Assembly: GCA_050084985.1 (NCBI GenBank)
Contig: JBITNC010000001.1
Span: 145,700,001 to 145,764,000, forward strand
Direction: 5' to 3'
Source: Nageia nagi
Lineage: Eukaryota; Plantae; Pinophyta
DNA: 64,000 nucleotides
Shown here: positions 28,812 to 41,520 of the stretch, piece by piece
How the letters are laid out: each line of letters begins with the position of its first letter
How positions within the stretch are numbered: the first letter of the stretch is position 1
Notes under the pieces: model-generated
Database searches by the model: none
What the model saw: the letters and a program-made list of their open reading frames with translations, nothing else
Told to the model about the DNA's origin: nothing
Translations under genes and position numbers: made by a program

Positions 28812-29964
28812 GGTTATATGGTTAAGTGCAAGAAGATGGGTCCACTTAAAGTGGATATTTCATGTTAAAAAAAAAATGGCCTAAAATTAAATTTCTTTAT
28901 GTAAAATGAAAATTGTCAATCTTTAAAAACCAAATTTTTTTTTTGGCTCATGTCACTTAACCAAAAATAAAATTTCATTTTTTAAAGATCAAAATTTTGA
29001 TTCATAATGAAATTTCATTATTTTTTAATGTTAATTTGAAATGAAATTCCATCTCATTTTAACTTTTAAAAATAAGAAATTTAATTATGAACCAAAGTTT
29101 TATAATTTAAATTTAGGTCTGAATTTAGATATGGGAAAGGCTTGATGGGCCAAGTCTTAGCCTTGGACCTAAAACTTCTTATTCATGGTAATGGGCATGA
29201 CAAATCATGAGTTTCAAAAAATGCCTGATCAATTTTTTTGATGAGCTTTTTCATGAAATTAAAACTTATTTTAGATTCAAGAGTGCATATTACAAATATT
29301 TATTTTTTTATAATTTGATTATATTTTATATTTTTAAATTAATTTTCAATGAAATTGATCTTTAAACTTGAAACATTAGATTTTATTACTTTTTTAATAA
29401 CTTTTTGTTTTAGAGGAATTATGAAAAACAATTATATGTGTATAATCTATAGATAATTATCTATTAAATAATTTAACATTTTTAGAAAAAGGATAAGTTT
29501 AGGTCAAATTATGCATGTCATATATTGGTGCTTTTTGAAACAATAATTAGGGGTAGTAAAAAATTAATAAAAAATAAAATATTTAGGTAAAAATTATGAA
29601 AAAATATCCTTCACAATATTCAGTGTGTTAGGATTCTTTTCCCAAAAGGATTTTAAAGGATATTATATTTTATGTCAAAATATACTTGTTGTAGAAGAAC
29701 ATGGTATGGTCATAAAATAGCACATTTTAAACGGTGGCTTTTATAAGTGCCTATTATAAAGAAATTTCTATCAACTATGTATTGCAATAAATTACATATT
29801 TAAAAACTACATTCCAAGAAGTACAATTTTACCTGATTCATATTTTTTAAGATTCCATCACTAAGGGCTTCAAAAGTCTACATAAATTATGATCAAAGAT
29901 GAAAATCAAGGAAAGCATGTCTAGTTTTTGGCCATTTCGTGGACCCATTTGCATTTTTAACCCT

Positions 29965-30430
29965 TGAATTTAAGAACTATACAAATTTATAAAAAAAGAA
30001 TTAGTCACTTTTTAAATCCTTTGAGCTTTATCATAGGTCCTAATTCAATGTGAATGATATACCATTGAATAGCTCTCAAAAATCTATTTAAAATAAGTAG
30101 TTACATGACCCCTTTTGAGTATTGAATGACTCCTCAAAGGTAAAAAATATAGATAGTAATTTGTAGTAAAATGTAAGTGCTTGTTTGCATAAGAATTTTG
30201 ATGAGATTTATGTAGACATCCATCTACATTTTATTTTATATCATCTATATATTTAGTCTTTGATACTCATTCATGGGTAAAAAGCATAATGCAACTACTT
30301 TTTTTAAAGGTCTTTTCAAGAGCTATCTATGGTATGTCATTTACATAAATCTAAGACTTGTGATAAAAATCATGTGCTCTAAAAAGTGATTAATTTATTT
30401 TTATCAATTTCTAAAGTGCATGATTTTCAA
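29965..30430. repeat. Long imperfect inverted repeat (fold-back), arms ~29965-30131 and ~30255-30430
   Basis: Left arm TGTGAATGATATACCATTGAATAGCTCTCAAAAA pairs with right-arm reverse complement TGTAAATGACATACCATAGATAGCTCTTGAAAAG. Similarity extends over about 140-170 bp. Confidence 0.8.
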
Positions 30431-31019
30431 TAAATATCCAATTGAAGATACTCGTATGCATAAAAACAAATACTTATATGTATGAATGTGTGTGTGTGTA
30501 TTTAAAAATTTATTATTTCACTAAATAATAATATATGATATCTCTAACATATTAAAATTTATATGATAGTGAGGAAATCACTTTCAGAAAGGAGGCATAC
30601 AGGAACCATAACTAAAAGGGAACATCCTATAATAAATTATAAAGGGCTTTTTACTATATTTATTTTGTATAATTTTTATGTAATGGTTTGCTCCTATCAA
30701 AACATGATAAGTGTTGAAATAAATACTTGATGTTATCTCTTTTTATGAATTCTTTTCCTTGATGCACTTTGCCTCAAAATCTAAGCTTATTTGTTTTGGG
30801 AAAATGAACATTGTCTATATTTTTGCTACATAATACAAGAATGTATGTGTTCATTTTATAATGATAATATTTCTTTGGTATATTATATTTGATAGACTGG
30901 TCTTACATTTTTAAAAAAATAAACATCAAGATAAATATGAGAAGTATATAACAAGGAATAATCCTTCCAATAGCATTAATATAGCATCCATCAATTACAA
31001 TATTGTCATTATATATTAT

Positions 31020-31438
31020 CCATCATGTACAATATGTTTTCTTCTAAGATTACATTCAATTACAAATCACCTTTTTTCATCTACAACATTTGGGATAACA
31101 TATATTTGATTGCTATGATGAGGTAAAATATAAGGCTCTTTATTGTCAGGGAAAGTGCATGTAGAGTTGATTACAAAGTAATCAATAGGTATATGATGCA
31201 AGATTTTTCTTATATTGAGTATCAAAATACTTATATTTAAATATCGCACATTGGAATTTTCTTGAATTTTTCTAATATATTTAAATTTTTTTTGTATTAA
31301 ATTTGTATCTCTTGAACTTGCATGACTCTCTTGGTCAAAATCATCCATCACTCCATAATCAAATATCATTCTTTTCTCATCATTATTTTCAATTATGAAG
31401 TGTTGACCATATGTCCACATTGTAGGAAAGAAAAATGC
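31020..31438 (-). pseudogene. CACTA/En-Spm transposase (TnpD, DUF4216-like) exon remnant
   Basis: TMWTYGQHFIIENNDEKRMIFDYGVM..FDQES...KYIRKIQE and EPYILPHHSNQIY resemble the C-terminal TnpD region. Exon is preceded by a TGCAG acceptor (31439) and a candidate GT donor near 31530. Confidence 0.65.
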
Positions 31439-31599
31439 CTGCACATATTTAAACAAAAAAGGTTATTAGTGCAATATATTTATATTTTTTTTCAAAATAA
31501 AGTAATAAAAATATTAATAAAAATAATTACCTCAAAAATACATTAAATAGTGAAATTAAACCTTTTATAATAAAGGGGCTCTAAGTTTTTGTTCTACTC

Positions 31600-34500
31600 T
31601 TTTCGCAACTAAGAGGTAGTAAGAGTGATTTTTAGCTTCTCTCTTCATCCCATTTGGGCTCCCTTTTAGGATGCAGTGTGGTGCATATGAAGGAAAGAAT
31701 AAAGCTAAAATTAAATAATGCCCCCATCTCAAAAGGGAATGGTGAAATATTTTTACATAAGATCATCATAAATTAGAAGAAGAAATTGGTTCATACTAGA
31801 AAGAAAAATAGTTTCCAATGAAGTATGAATTATCATCCCTAAGGATTTGATAAATAAGGAAATGAAGAATAGTAAAAATACCCTAATTGGTTAATTTGTA
31901 TGAATTAGACCTAGAATTGAGATGATTCACCAATGGATGAAGGAAAAATTGTTAACAAAAGGCTTTTAATGGGACCATGGTTTCTAGGGAGAAAAGGATT
32001 AACTTTAAAATTATGGTACAAGGTATTAAGACTAGAAATTGAAAATGTTAACTTAATGCCCACCTAGATTAGCTTCCCAGGCCTACCGATGGAATACTAG
32101 GCTACTCCTGTAGTAGCTAGCCTTTTAAAGTTAGAAGGCAAACTCATCTAAAATAAGAATGATAGATTATAGAGTATGTGTTAATATTGATATAATGAAG
32201 AAAAAGGATCTTTTCAGATGAAGAGGAAGGAGGAGCATGGGAGCAAGAGGTGATATATAAAAACTTACATTTTCAATATTCATTCCATAAATAATATCAT
32301 TACTATGCAAATGATTGTCTTGAACAAAATCCAAAATACTAATTACTACTAAATTACAATAAAAAATGGGGGAAATAAAAAAGGACAAATGGAATCTAGT
32401 AAAATGATTAGGATAGAGGAAAAATAATTTCAATAACAACAAGAATAAGTAATATGTCAAGAAAAATAGTAATGGAAAGAATGATGAGAAAGAAATGACT
32501 AAATAAAAAGGAAAGAATCCATTTGCACCTTTGGAAATCTGATATTTGATGATGATACAACTAAATAAATTTAGGAAATTAATACTAAAAACTTAAAAGA
32601 AATGATGGATATTGAAATAATCATAGATGAAGCATATGGTGATGTAATCTATTGAATAAGAAAAAATATTCAAATAGATGAAGGAGAAACCCAAACCACC
32701 CACCAAGTAGATGAAGTTCCTTTGATATAATAAACTAACCATTAAAAGATGCCAAATGCAAGCCAAATAGGCCCTACACAACCTTTAGAATAAAATTTGG
32801 GTGTAGAAGACCATAGTAGACATTCCCAATGGTATCCAAACTAGTTTGGATCAAAGTGAAGTCTTCCCAACTTAATGGAAGTTCTCAACTAAGATATTAG
32901 GGGGTGTAATGATCCCAAAAAAATATATATCTTTTTGAGACTAATGGAAAGATATCAAACTTGAAATTGTGCTAATTCAAGAATTAAAATTGAAAAAAGA
33001 TACGATCATAGATATCAAAAGGAAACTATGGAGAAGGTGCAAACTCTGTATAAAGAGTAGCTAAAGAGGCATTTAAAGGGCTGGTCCCTCTATGGAATCC
33101 TAAATAAATTGAATTCTTGAGCCCACCTTTCCTTCATCAATCCAAAAAGTTCATTCATCTCTTTTTTAGAATAAAATAATTTGATTTGTCTTGTATCATC
33201 ACCAATACATATGCTCCAAATGACCTTGGAGAAAGGAAATGCACCTTCCTTAATATTTTAGAGGATAGAAAAATATTTTTAGAATGAACTTGGTTAATTA
33301 TAGGTGATTTTAACACAATTATTCATCAATATGATAAAAAGTAGGAGGACTAGAAATTCAAAGTAATTTTGATGCTTTTAGAGACTATCTAAATGACATG
33401 TTGATGGATCCTAAATTATATGGAACTAATTTTACTTAAAATAATTTAAGATTGAAAGAGAACTATATCCAAATCAAAATAGATAGAGCTTTATGTTTAG
33501 TAGATTAGTTTCTCCCAATTTCCCAATCATTCCCTCATTAATAAAACTAAAATCTCTTCTAATCATACTCCCATACTCCTTCAATCCCCACTCCTAAAAA
33601 AAGTTTATTCCTTTTAGATTTGAAAATATATGGCTCATCAAATCTTCCCTTCTTAACCTTATTGAAAAATGATGGAGTATTGAAGTAGATGGAACTAATA
33701 TATTTTAGGTATCCTATAAGCTAAAACATGTAAAGTCTAATCTAAAAATTTTGAATAGATAAACCTTAAAACTATAGATAGACAAAAGGAAGAGATTAAA
33801 CTAGAATTTGATAGATTAAAATAAGTGACTCAAAGTATAGGTAGAATTGAGGAAATGGTATTTATGGAGAGAGAACTAGATATTAAATATCATAAAATTA
33901 TCTTTTAGGAGGAACTTCATTGGAAATAGAAATTTTGCAATGACTAGTTAAAAGTTGGGGATCACAACATATTTTTTTTTCATGATGATAACTATGAAAT
34001 ATAGAGCCTATAACAATATAAAAAGGATTCAATATCATGATTGAAGTATCATTAAAGATTAAAGCATCATGAAATATAGTATTATTCAGTTCTATAAGGA
34101 TCTTCTTATTCAACAAGTCAAATGATGACCAAGAAGTAGCTAAAGCCCTTATGGCCAACATTACCTAAAAGGTCATAGAGGAGGAAAATGGGAAACTAAT
34201 AGCTCCATTCATAGAGGATGAAATTATTTTTTCCTTCTTTATAATGGGGAAAGATAAAGCCCCAAGCCTTGATGGTTTTTATCTTAATTTGTTCTAAACT
34301 TTTCTAGGAAATAGTAGAAGAAGATGTAATTAGTACTATTCAAAAATTTCAAGAAAATAATATTCTTCTAACAAGTTGGAATGCAAATTCTCTATCACTC
34401 ATCCTAAAATCTCATGATACCTTAAATATAAAGGAAATTATATCTATTAGCCTTTGCAACAACTTATACTAGTTAATTGCAAACATTTCAGCTAATAGAA

Positions 34501-36600
34501 TCCAAGAATTACCACATAAACATATTTTGGATGAACAAGATGGCATTTCTAGAGGAAGATAAATAGTTGATGAAATTATCATTATGCATGATATAACCCA
34601 TTACATCAATTATAAAAGAGAATAGGCAATGATACTAAAACTAGACATGTAGAAGGCCTACTATAGAGTATCTTATAGTTTTTTAGATCAAATATGGGTA
34701 AATTTTGACTTGAATGAAATATGGAGGAAATGAATCCAAGTATGCACCTCAATGATGTATTTATTTGTACTAATAAATGAAGGGAAATTTGGATTCTTTA
34801 ATGCAAATATAGGACTTAGAAAAGGAGACTCAATCTTCCCATACTTGTTCATTTTCCTCATTAAGGTATTGGATGGATTTGAAAGCATCCATACTAGCCA
34901 GTAGAATAGGTGTCACCCTGGCCTACAATTGCTCACCAATATCTCATTATAAATTCATAAATTATACAATTATAAATGTATAGGCCAATATTAATGAAGA
35001 AAAATAATTTAAAAGGATCCTACATGTATATAAGAAAGCTTCCAACCAAAAACAAATTATGAAAAGATCCACATCTTCTTTCTAAAACCATTATATATGT
35101 GAGAAAATTGAATAGCCCAAGTATTTAACTACTAAATTGGTAATCTTCCATAAATATACCTTAGTATGCCTTTGTTTGTTAGGAGGATAAAAAAATATTT
35201 TTAAAATGGCATACCAAATAGATTTAAGAAAAAAATAGTGGGATGGAAAGGAGCAGTGCTCAATTTCATAGGTAAAATTCAACTAGTCAATGCTACCTTC
35301 CAAAGTATCTTGTTAAATATGTCCAATATCTTCACAATCCCTACATTAGTTGCCTAAAAAATAGATTATATCTATCAAAATTTCTTTTGGATAGGAATTT
35401 AGGAGAAAATGAAGATGTTCTTAGTAGCTTGGCCTCTTGTCTATAAACAAAATTAGATGGAGGTTTGGGTATTAGGAATATTGAATGGATAAACAAAGCA
35501 CCTAGAATGAAGCTCTCCTAAAGGATGGAGAGTGGCATGGAAAATGAATGGGAAATTTTTTTTAGGTTCAAATATATGATGTGAAGGAAGAACCTTATTA
35601 GCTTCTTTAACCCTCTGAAAGAATCTACTTTCTAGAATGGTCTCTTGGATATAATATATATAATATGAAAGAACTCAAAATAGGAGATAAGAAAAGGAGA
35701 TAAAGTTCTATTTTGGGAAGATATTTGGATTCACAATACCCCACTTGCCTAATATAATTCCCTCAAGTTAGTAATTGAATGGAATAAGATTAATTTAGGA
35801 CCTAAAGTTAATAATTAAATCAGCATAATAGATGGGATGACAAGATGAACCCTCCCCCTAGCTTTGAACCACCAAATAATAGCTGGACTATAGTCTCTCT
35901 CCTACCTCCTAGAATCTTATCTAGTATTCATGAAAGAAAAACTATATTCCCTTTGGTGGAAGGATGGATAGGGTAAGAAATCAAATTTTTCTATTAAGAT
36001 AGGATATAATAGCCTAAATATAAACTCTAAAGACCAGAGGAAATGGTTATGGAAAAATATATGGAGAATGAATCTAACCCCCAAAGGGCCCTCTATTATG
36101 TGGGTAGAAGTATTAGGTAAAATACTTACCCTAGATGACCTAAAAAAGAGAGGGATGAAACTCCCTAATAAATGTACCCTATATAAAAAGATGAAGAAAT
36201 GATCCACCACATGTTGCTCAAGTGTGAATTTATGATGCAAATCTAGGATATCAATCTAATAAATATTGTAAAAAGGTGACTATCCCTTTGTCATTGGAAA
36301 TTATTATTAAAGATTAACACTTAGGAGGCTCTAAAAGGAATATTCATGAAGAATAAGGTATCCTTCTAGGACACATCACCTAAAGCATATGGAAAGAGCA
36401 GAATATGAAGATCTTTAGAGAATATAGCCAAACAACTTCCAAAGTAACACACAAAATCATTCAAGTGAAAAAGGAAAATATAATTGCATGTATGAATATT
36501 AACCCAAACAAGGATGATGAGTTTGTTAACTTCATTTAAAAGCTCTAGTTAGAGGACCCACAAAATATACCAACTAGAGTGTATAGAGATCACATCACCC
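31600..36600 (+). mobile_element. L1-type LINE #3, decayed (ORF1 ~31700-32875; ORF2 32875-~36540)
   Basis: ORF1 GPWFLGRKGL.LKLW (DUF4283-like). ORF2 MEVLN*DIRGCNDP at 32875; GDFN at ~33303; KAPSLDGF at ~34256; GLRKGDSIFPYLF at 34811; PNKCTL...EEMIHHMLLKCEF at ~36165. Confidence 0.9.
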
Positions 36601-37349
36601 TCCTATCATGATCACTTGTGTTATGATAAATATAGTTATAAACACTTTGAACATTGAATATTAGAAGCATTTGCATATATTCAATATGTAGACATATTGT
36701 ACATATATGATGCTAATTATTTCCAATCTATTGTTGTGTAAATTTTCCCATATAATGGTATCAATAGCTTTATCTCATAACCTGGAGTAACAACCATAAT
36801 ACTATGTATAAATAAACTATATCTAGAGTACATTTTATATGGTTTGATCATGTATCAATGACCATTATATGGAAAAATATCATAAGCATTTGAAAAAGGC
36901 ATTTCAATTGGCCATGCACTATATGCCCCATTATCATATGTATATTGATATTTATTTTTTAGTTTTTATGACATGTGAATCAAATCCAAATCATCAACAT
37001 CCTCCTTTGGTAGATCAACTGAGTACTTGTGTAACCTAGAACATGCATCTATTGATAATTTATGAAGTATTTTTAAAATCTTGTTATTATAGATATTATT
37101 ATAATTTAATCTGATGGACATACACATTATTTTAGCTTCATCTATTGGATCTACATATTAATTTTATTTATTTATATTCAATATATAATAATTCAAAAAT
37201 GAATTCAAATTTTGACCCTAATTAATTACTTCATAACCATCATCATCTTCTCATGACAAGTTTGTCTTATCGATCCTTTGCACATTTTGTTCCTGCAACA
37301 TTAGCCATAAAAAAAGTTAAATATTACAAACAATATCAGTAAAGTGAGA

Positions 37350-37708
37350 ATTTAGATGATATTTCATTTCTACATTGTACATCATAACATTAAGCTTACA
37401 TCATACTCATCATATGAAATATCACTCCTCGTCACAAGACCTACACAAAATATCTCAAGATCTAATTTAGATGAAATATCTCTCCTTAGCCTTCTAGCAA
37501 CTTGCATAGGTAACTCTTCTAAATTAGATGATATATCACTCCTAACAACCCTTTAACATTGAGGTAATGGTATATGAACATCTAAATCATATGATACATC
37601 ACTCATAAAAACCCTATTTTATTGAGGTAGTGGCATATGAACATCTAAATCTGATGACAAATCAATCCTTCCATGCCTTGACATAGTGATATAAGCCAAG
37701 TCACTAAC
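37350..37708 (-). pseudogene. Decayed exon with 19-21-codon in-frame repeats (RSDISSDLD-like), gene unknown
   Basis: After an AG acceptor at 37709-37710: VSDLAY...RIDLSSDLDVHMPLPQ*NRVFMSDVSYDLDVHIPLPQC*RVVRSDISSNLEELPMQVARRLRRDISSKLDLEIFCVGLVTRSDISYDEYD. A second acceptor (TTGCAG) lies at 37293. Confidence 0.5.
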
Positions 37709-38204
37709 CTATTTTATAATTTAAAGAAAAAAATAGATTATATAAAATAATAATAGTATCAAAGAAGAAAAATATAGGATCCTAAAATATGAATATAAAT
37801 GGTAAGATTATTCAAAATAAAGTGAAAACTAGAAAAATCTGTAACTTCTTTGTTATAAAATATATAAAGGCATAGGAAAATTTTGAATGGCTTGTTAAAC
37901 ATTCAAATTTTACTAAAAACTTAGAGGTTTTAATTTAGAATTTATTGAAAATGGTTCAAATAGAAAAAATATAATTGGCTTTCTATGATTTAATGGGCAT
38001 GTTTGTAATTATTTCTTCAAATGCATAATTTAATTTGATAGCTCGCTATACCTATGGGAGGATAATTCAAATTATTTTCATCATTATTAAATTACATGCA
38101 TAATATTTCATTATTTGATATTTATATAAATTGTACATTGATGTGGATAAGAAAATATCATGTAGTTATATATGGAATATTTCTAAAGTTGTCCACCTTA
38201 AGCA

Positions 38205-38554
38205 CCACTAAAAACCCTAACCACTAACCCAAACCATGAACCACTAATCCTAACCCTAACCACTAACCCTAATCCTAACCACTAAACCTAACCTGAACAC
38301 TAACTCTATTAAGGTATTATTTAGTATTAATACATAATTTTATAATAATTTATTTATAATTATATTATTAATATCTAATTTTATTTTATTAATACCTAAC
38401 CCCTAATCATAACCCTAACCTTAATGCTAAGCTTATGACTAACCCTATTAAGGTATTATTTAATATTAATATCTAATTTTAATATAATTTATTTCTATTA
38501 TATTTAATATCAAATTTTATTTTATTAATACATAAGCCCTAACCCTAATCCTAA
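38205..38554 (+). repeat. Degenerate telomere-like tract (CCCTAA/CCACTAA) interleaved with a ~137-bp AT-rich duplication; left flank of the LTR array
   Basis: ccctaaccactaacccaaacc...cctaaccctaaccactaaccctaatcctaacc. The block 'ctattaaggtattatt...ttattaatac' occurs at both ~38306 and ~38445. Confidence 0.85.
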
Positions 38555-41520
38555 TGTAACAACCCACCCAATGACACTAGTCAACCTTGAACATTATGGA
38601 AGGTGTAAATGATATCATATTTGAACTATTACTATGTGATGATTAATTTTAAGTGAAAATATGTATTGTTTGTATTAAGTTGATATTGGATTTGAAATTT
38701 TATGATGCATGTAATAGGTTACTGAAAGATGAAAGGAGCAATCAAAGACCCAACAAACCAAAGGTGAATTAGTGATGGGAACAAAAGGGTATGAGAAGGA
38801 AATGATTAGCGTTGAATCGTTTACACACCCTATGACCATCGTAGATCATGTAGTTGCATGTAGAATAATTTTTATGACTATCAATTTTTTGATGAAATTG
38901 TATTTGATAATGTGTGTGGGTTAATCTTTCCCTACAGGATGAGGTGAACATCACAGGTAAAGGTATGTTTTTCTTATTTTGTATTTTTGAAATTTAAAAT
39001 TGAAATGGACGTAAAAAGTAATATACCTTATTTAAATTTGATAATTTATACAAGGCTATAAAAATAAATTAAAAAAAAAAATTAAAATGAGTGCCCATAC
39101 TATTTCTACATGGGGTTAATAGTAAAAACACTATTAGAAAAAGACTACAGTCACCTTGTGGTGTTACAAAATATTTAATGGGTAGAAAAATAATAGAGTA
39201 ATGACCCTACATAGTTTTGTTTTCTTATGTTAGGTATGGATAATAGTTGGTATTAATTTGTTAGTTAATAAAAAATATTTCAAAATATTTAATACCATTT
39301 CAATCATCAATAACTTTAAGAGAACTTACCCCAAAAATTATTAAAGGTGTGAGGAGATATCCATTTGAATACACTTGGACCTCCTTGGCTATAAATAAAG
39401 GAGTGAAAACTTTAGCTAATCATCTACCTATCTATATTTTATTATTTCATTCTTATTATTCTTAAGCTTGGATGTAGAGTTACATGAAGAAAAAAGTCTC
39501 TCTTCCCTCTTCAAGTCAAGGTGCATTATTTTACATTCTTTTTGCATAATTAAAGTAGTCCTATTTTTGAGGTATTTAATGAGTTTTATGAACATAAAGA
39601 AGTAAGATTTTCTTTTGTTATTCTCTTTTATTTATATGTAGGGGTAAAAATGTTTATGTACAAATTGTATTATATATTTTATGATATTTTAAAGAGATTA
39701 ATCAAATATTTATTCTTATGCCTTTAGTTAGAAATTAATAAATTTATTTTGACATGAATTTTATTAAATTTCTAATATGATGTTTATCATAATGTTTGCT
39801 AAAGTTTTATAGAAATAATTATTATTAGAAATGTTGTACCATTTGAAAATACATAGTGGTTATTTTATTTAAAGGTTGGCACCATGTCTTTTTCTTTAAA
39901 AAATAAAGGAATGAGATTTTCTTTTATTATTGTCTCTTTATTTAGATGTAGGATTGAAACATTTCACATACAAATTGTATTATATATTTTATGATATCTA
40001 AGGTGATTAGTCAAATATTTCTCCTTATGTCTTTATCTAAAGTTTAATGAATTTATTTTGACATAAATTTTACTAAAGTTTTAATATGATGTTTATCACA
40101 ATGTTTGATAAAATTGCATAGAATTAATTGTTGTTAGAAGTGTTGTACCCTTTGAAGAGATAATGATTATTTTATTTAAAGGTTGGTACCATGTTTTTTT
40201 TTTTTAAATGTAAAGGAGTAGGATATTTTTTTATTTGTTTTTATTTATTTAGATGTAGGGGTGGAAAAGTTTATGTACAAATTGTATTACGTATTTTATA
40301 ATATTTTAAGGAGACTAGTCAAATATTTCTCCTTATTTCTTTAACTAGAGTTTAATAAATTTATTTTGATATTAATTTTATTAAAGTTCTAATATGATGT
40401 TTAGTAAAAAAATATTATTAAATTCAAATGAAAGTAAAAAAATATGAATTACTAAAAATATTTTTTTTTATTATTATCTAAGTTTGATAATTAAACTAAG
40501 TAATATCTAATGAGGCAATAAATATGTTTAATATTTTTAATAACTAATTAAAGTACTCTTTAGAATCTTGTATTAAATAAACTATGGTTTTAAGATTATG
40601 ATATTGGTATAATATTTAGTAAAATAATTCAAACTGTACCAATTACATTAATTAATTAATAAGGTATCCAAGACCTTATTGTGAATGATTTAATTATTTA
40701 AGTTGAATTAATTATAGGGTAAATAAATAATAGATCAATGTACATTGACCAAGGAAAAAAGATAATTTCTCTTGAGGTCTATAGTTAAATTCATTTAAAT
40801 AATGGTCAAGTTTAAAAAGGTTTATTCTAATCCTCCTCCCTCCTAGTACTCGATCCATTCAGCAAGCTCCAAGGGCATGTTCAATGCTCAAAGATCGATA
40901 GAGATGTTTGATGGTTGATACAATGGTCAAAACCATTTGACATGAAAAAATTTGAATTACAAACTCATTAGATATGAAATAGTATGATTTTTCAAAAATA
41001 TCACATTAGTGATTAAATGGGTTATTTTATATTATATTAATTCAATGATTATATTATATGAAATAGTATGATTTATCAATATATTATATTATACTATATT
41101 AAAATATATTGATCATAAGAGATAATTTGAAAATACTATGGAAAATAATTTTGATTATTTGAGACTATTATATGATCTAAATCATAATATTTCTCGAACA
41201 TTGATTAGCACTTAAACTAGCAATATTAAACCTTTACAACATAATAAGTACAACTTCTCAAGATTAAGGATATGATAAATAAGTCCAAATAAAATAAGGG
41301 TACAATCATTAGGAGTATCCACTCACAAGCGAGGATAAGAATGCTTGGTGAATGAACCCTTATACTTAAAAAGAAAGGATGAAGACTAAATAAATTTGGT
41401 AAGGTATCAATATGTAATACATGTAGGATATAAGTCTATTAATAGTAAACCTAATGAATTGAATAGATTGAAAAAATATTTGGTCCTAAATTTAGGGGTT
41501 TTAAATGGAGTAACGTTACA
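38555..41520 (+). repeat. Array LTR1 (2966 bp)
   Basis: TGTAAC...GTTACA, followed by PBS TGGTATTAGAGC at 41522-41533. Confidence 0.93.
39390..39397 (+). promoter_or_regulatory. Putative LTR TATA box (equivalents at ~46434, ~52976, ~59897)
   Basis: GGCTATAAATAAAG is conserved at the same relative position in all four LTRs (GGTTATAAATAAAG in LTR4). Confidence 0.6.
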
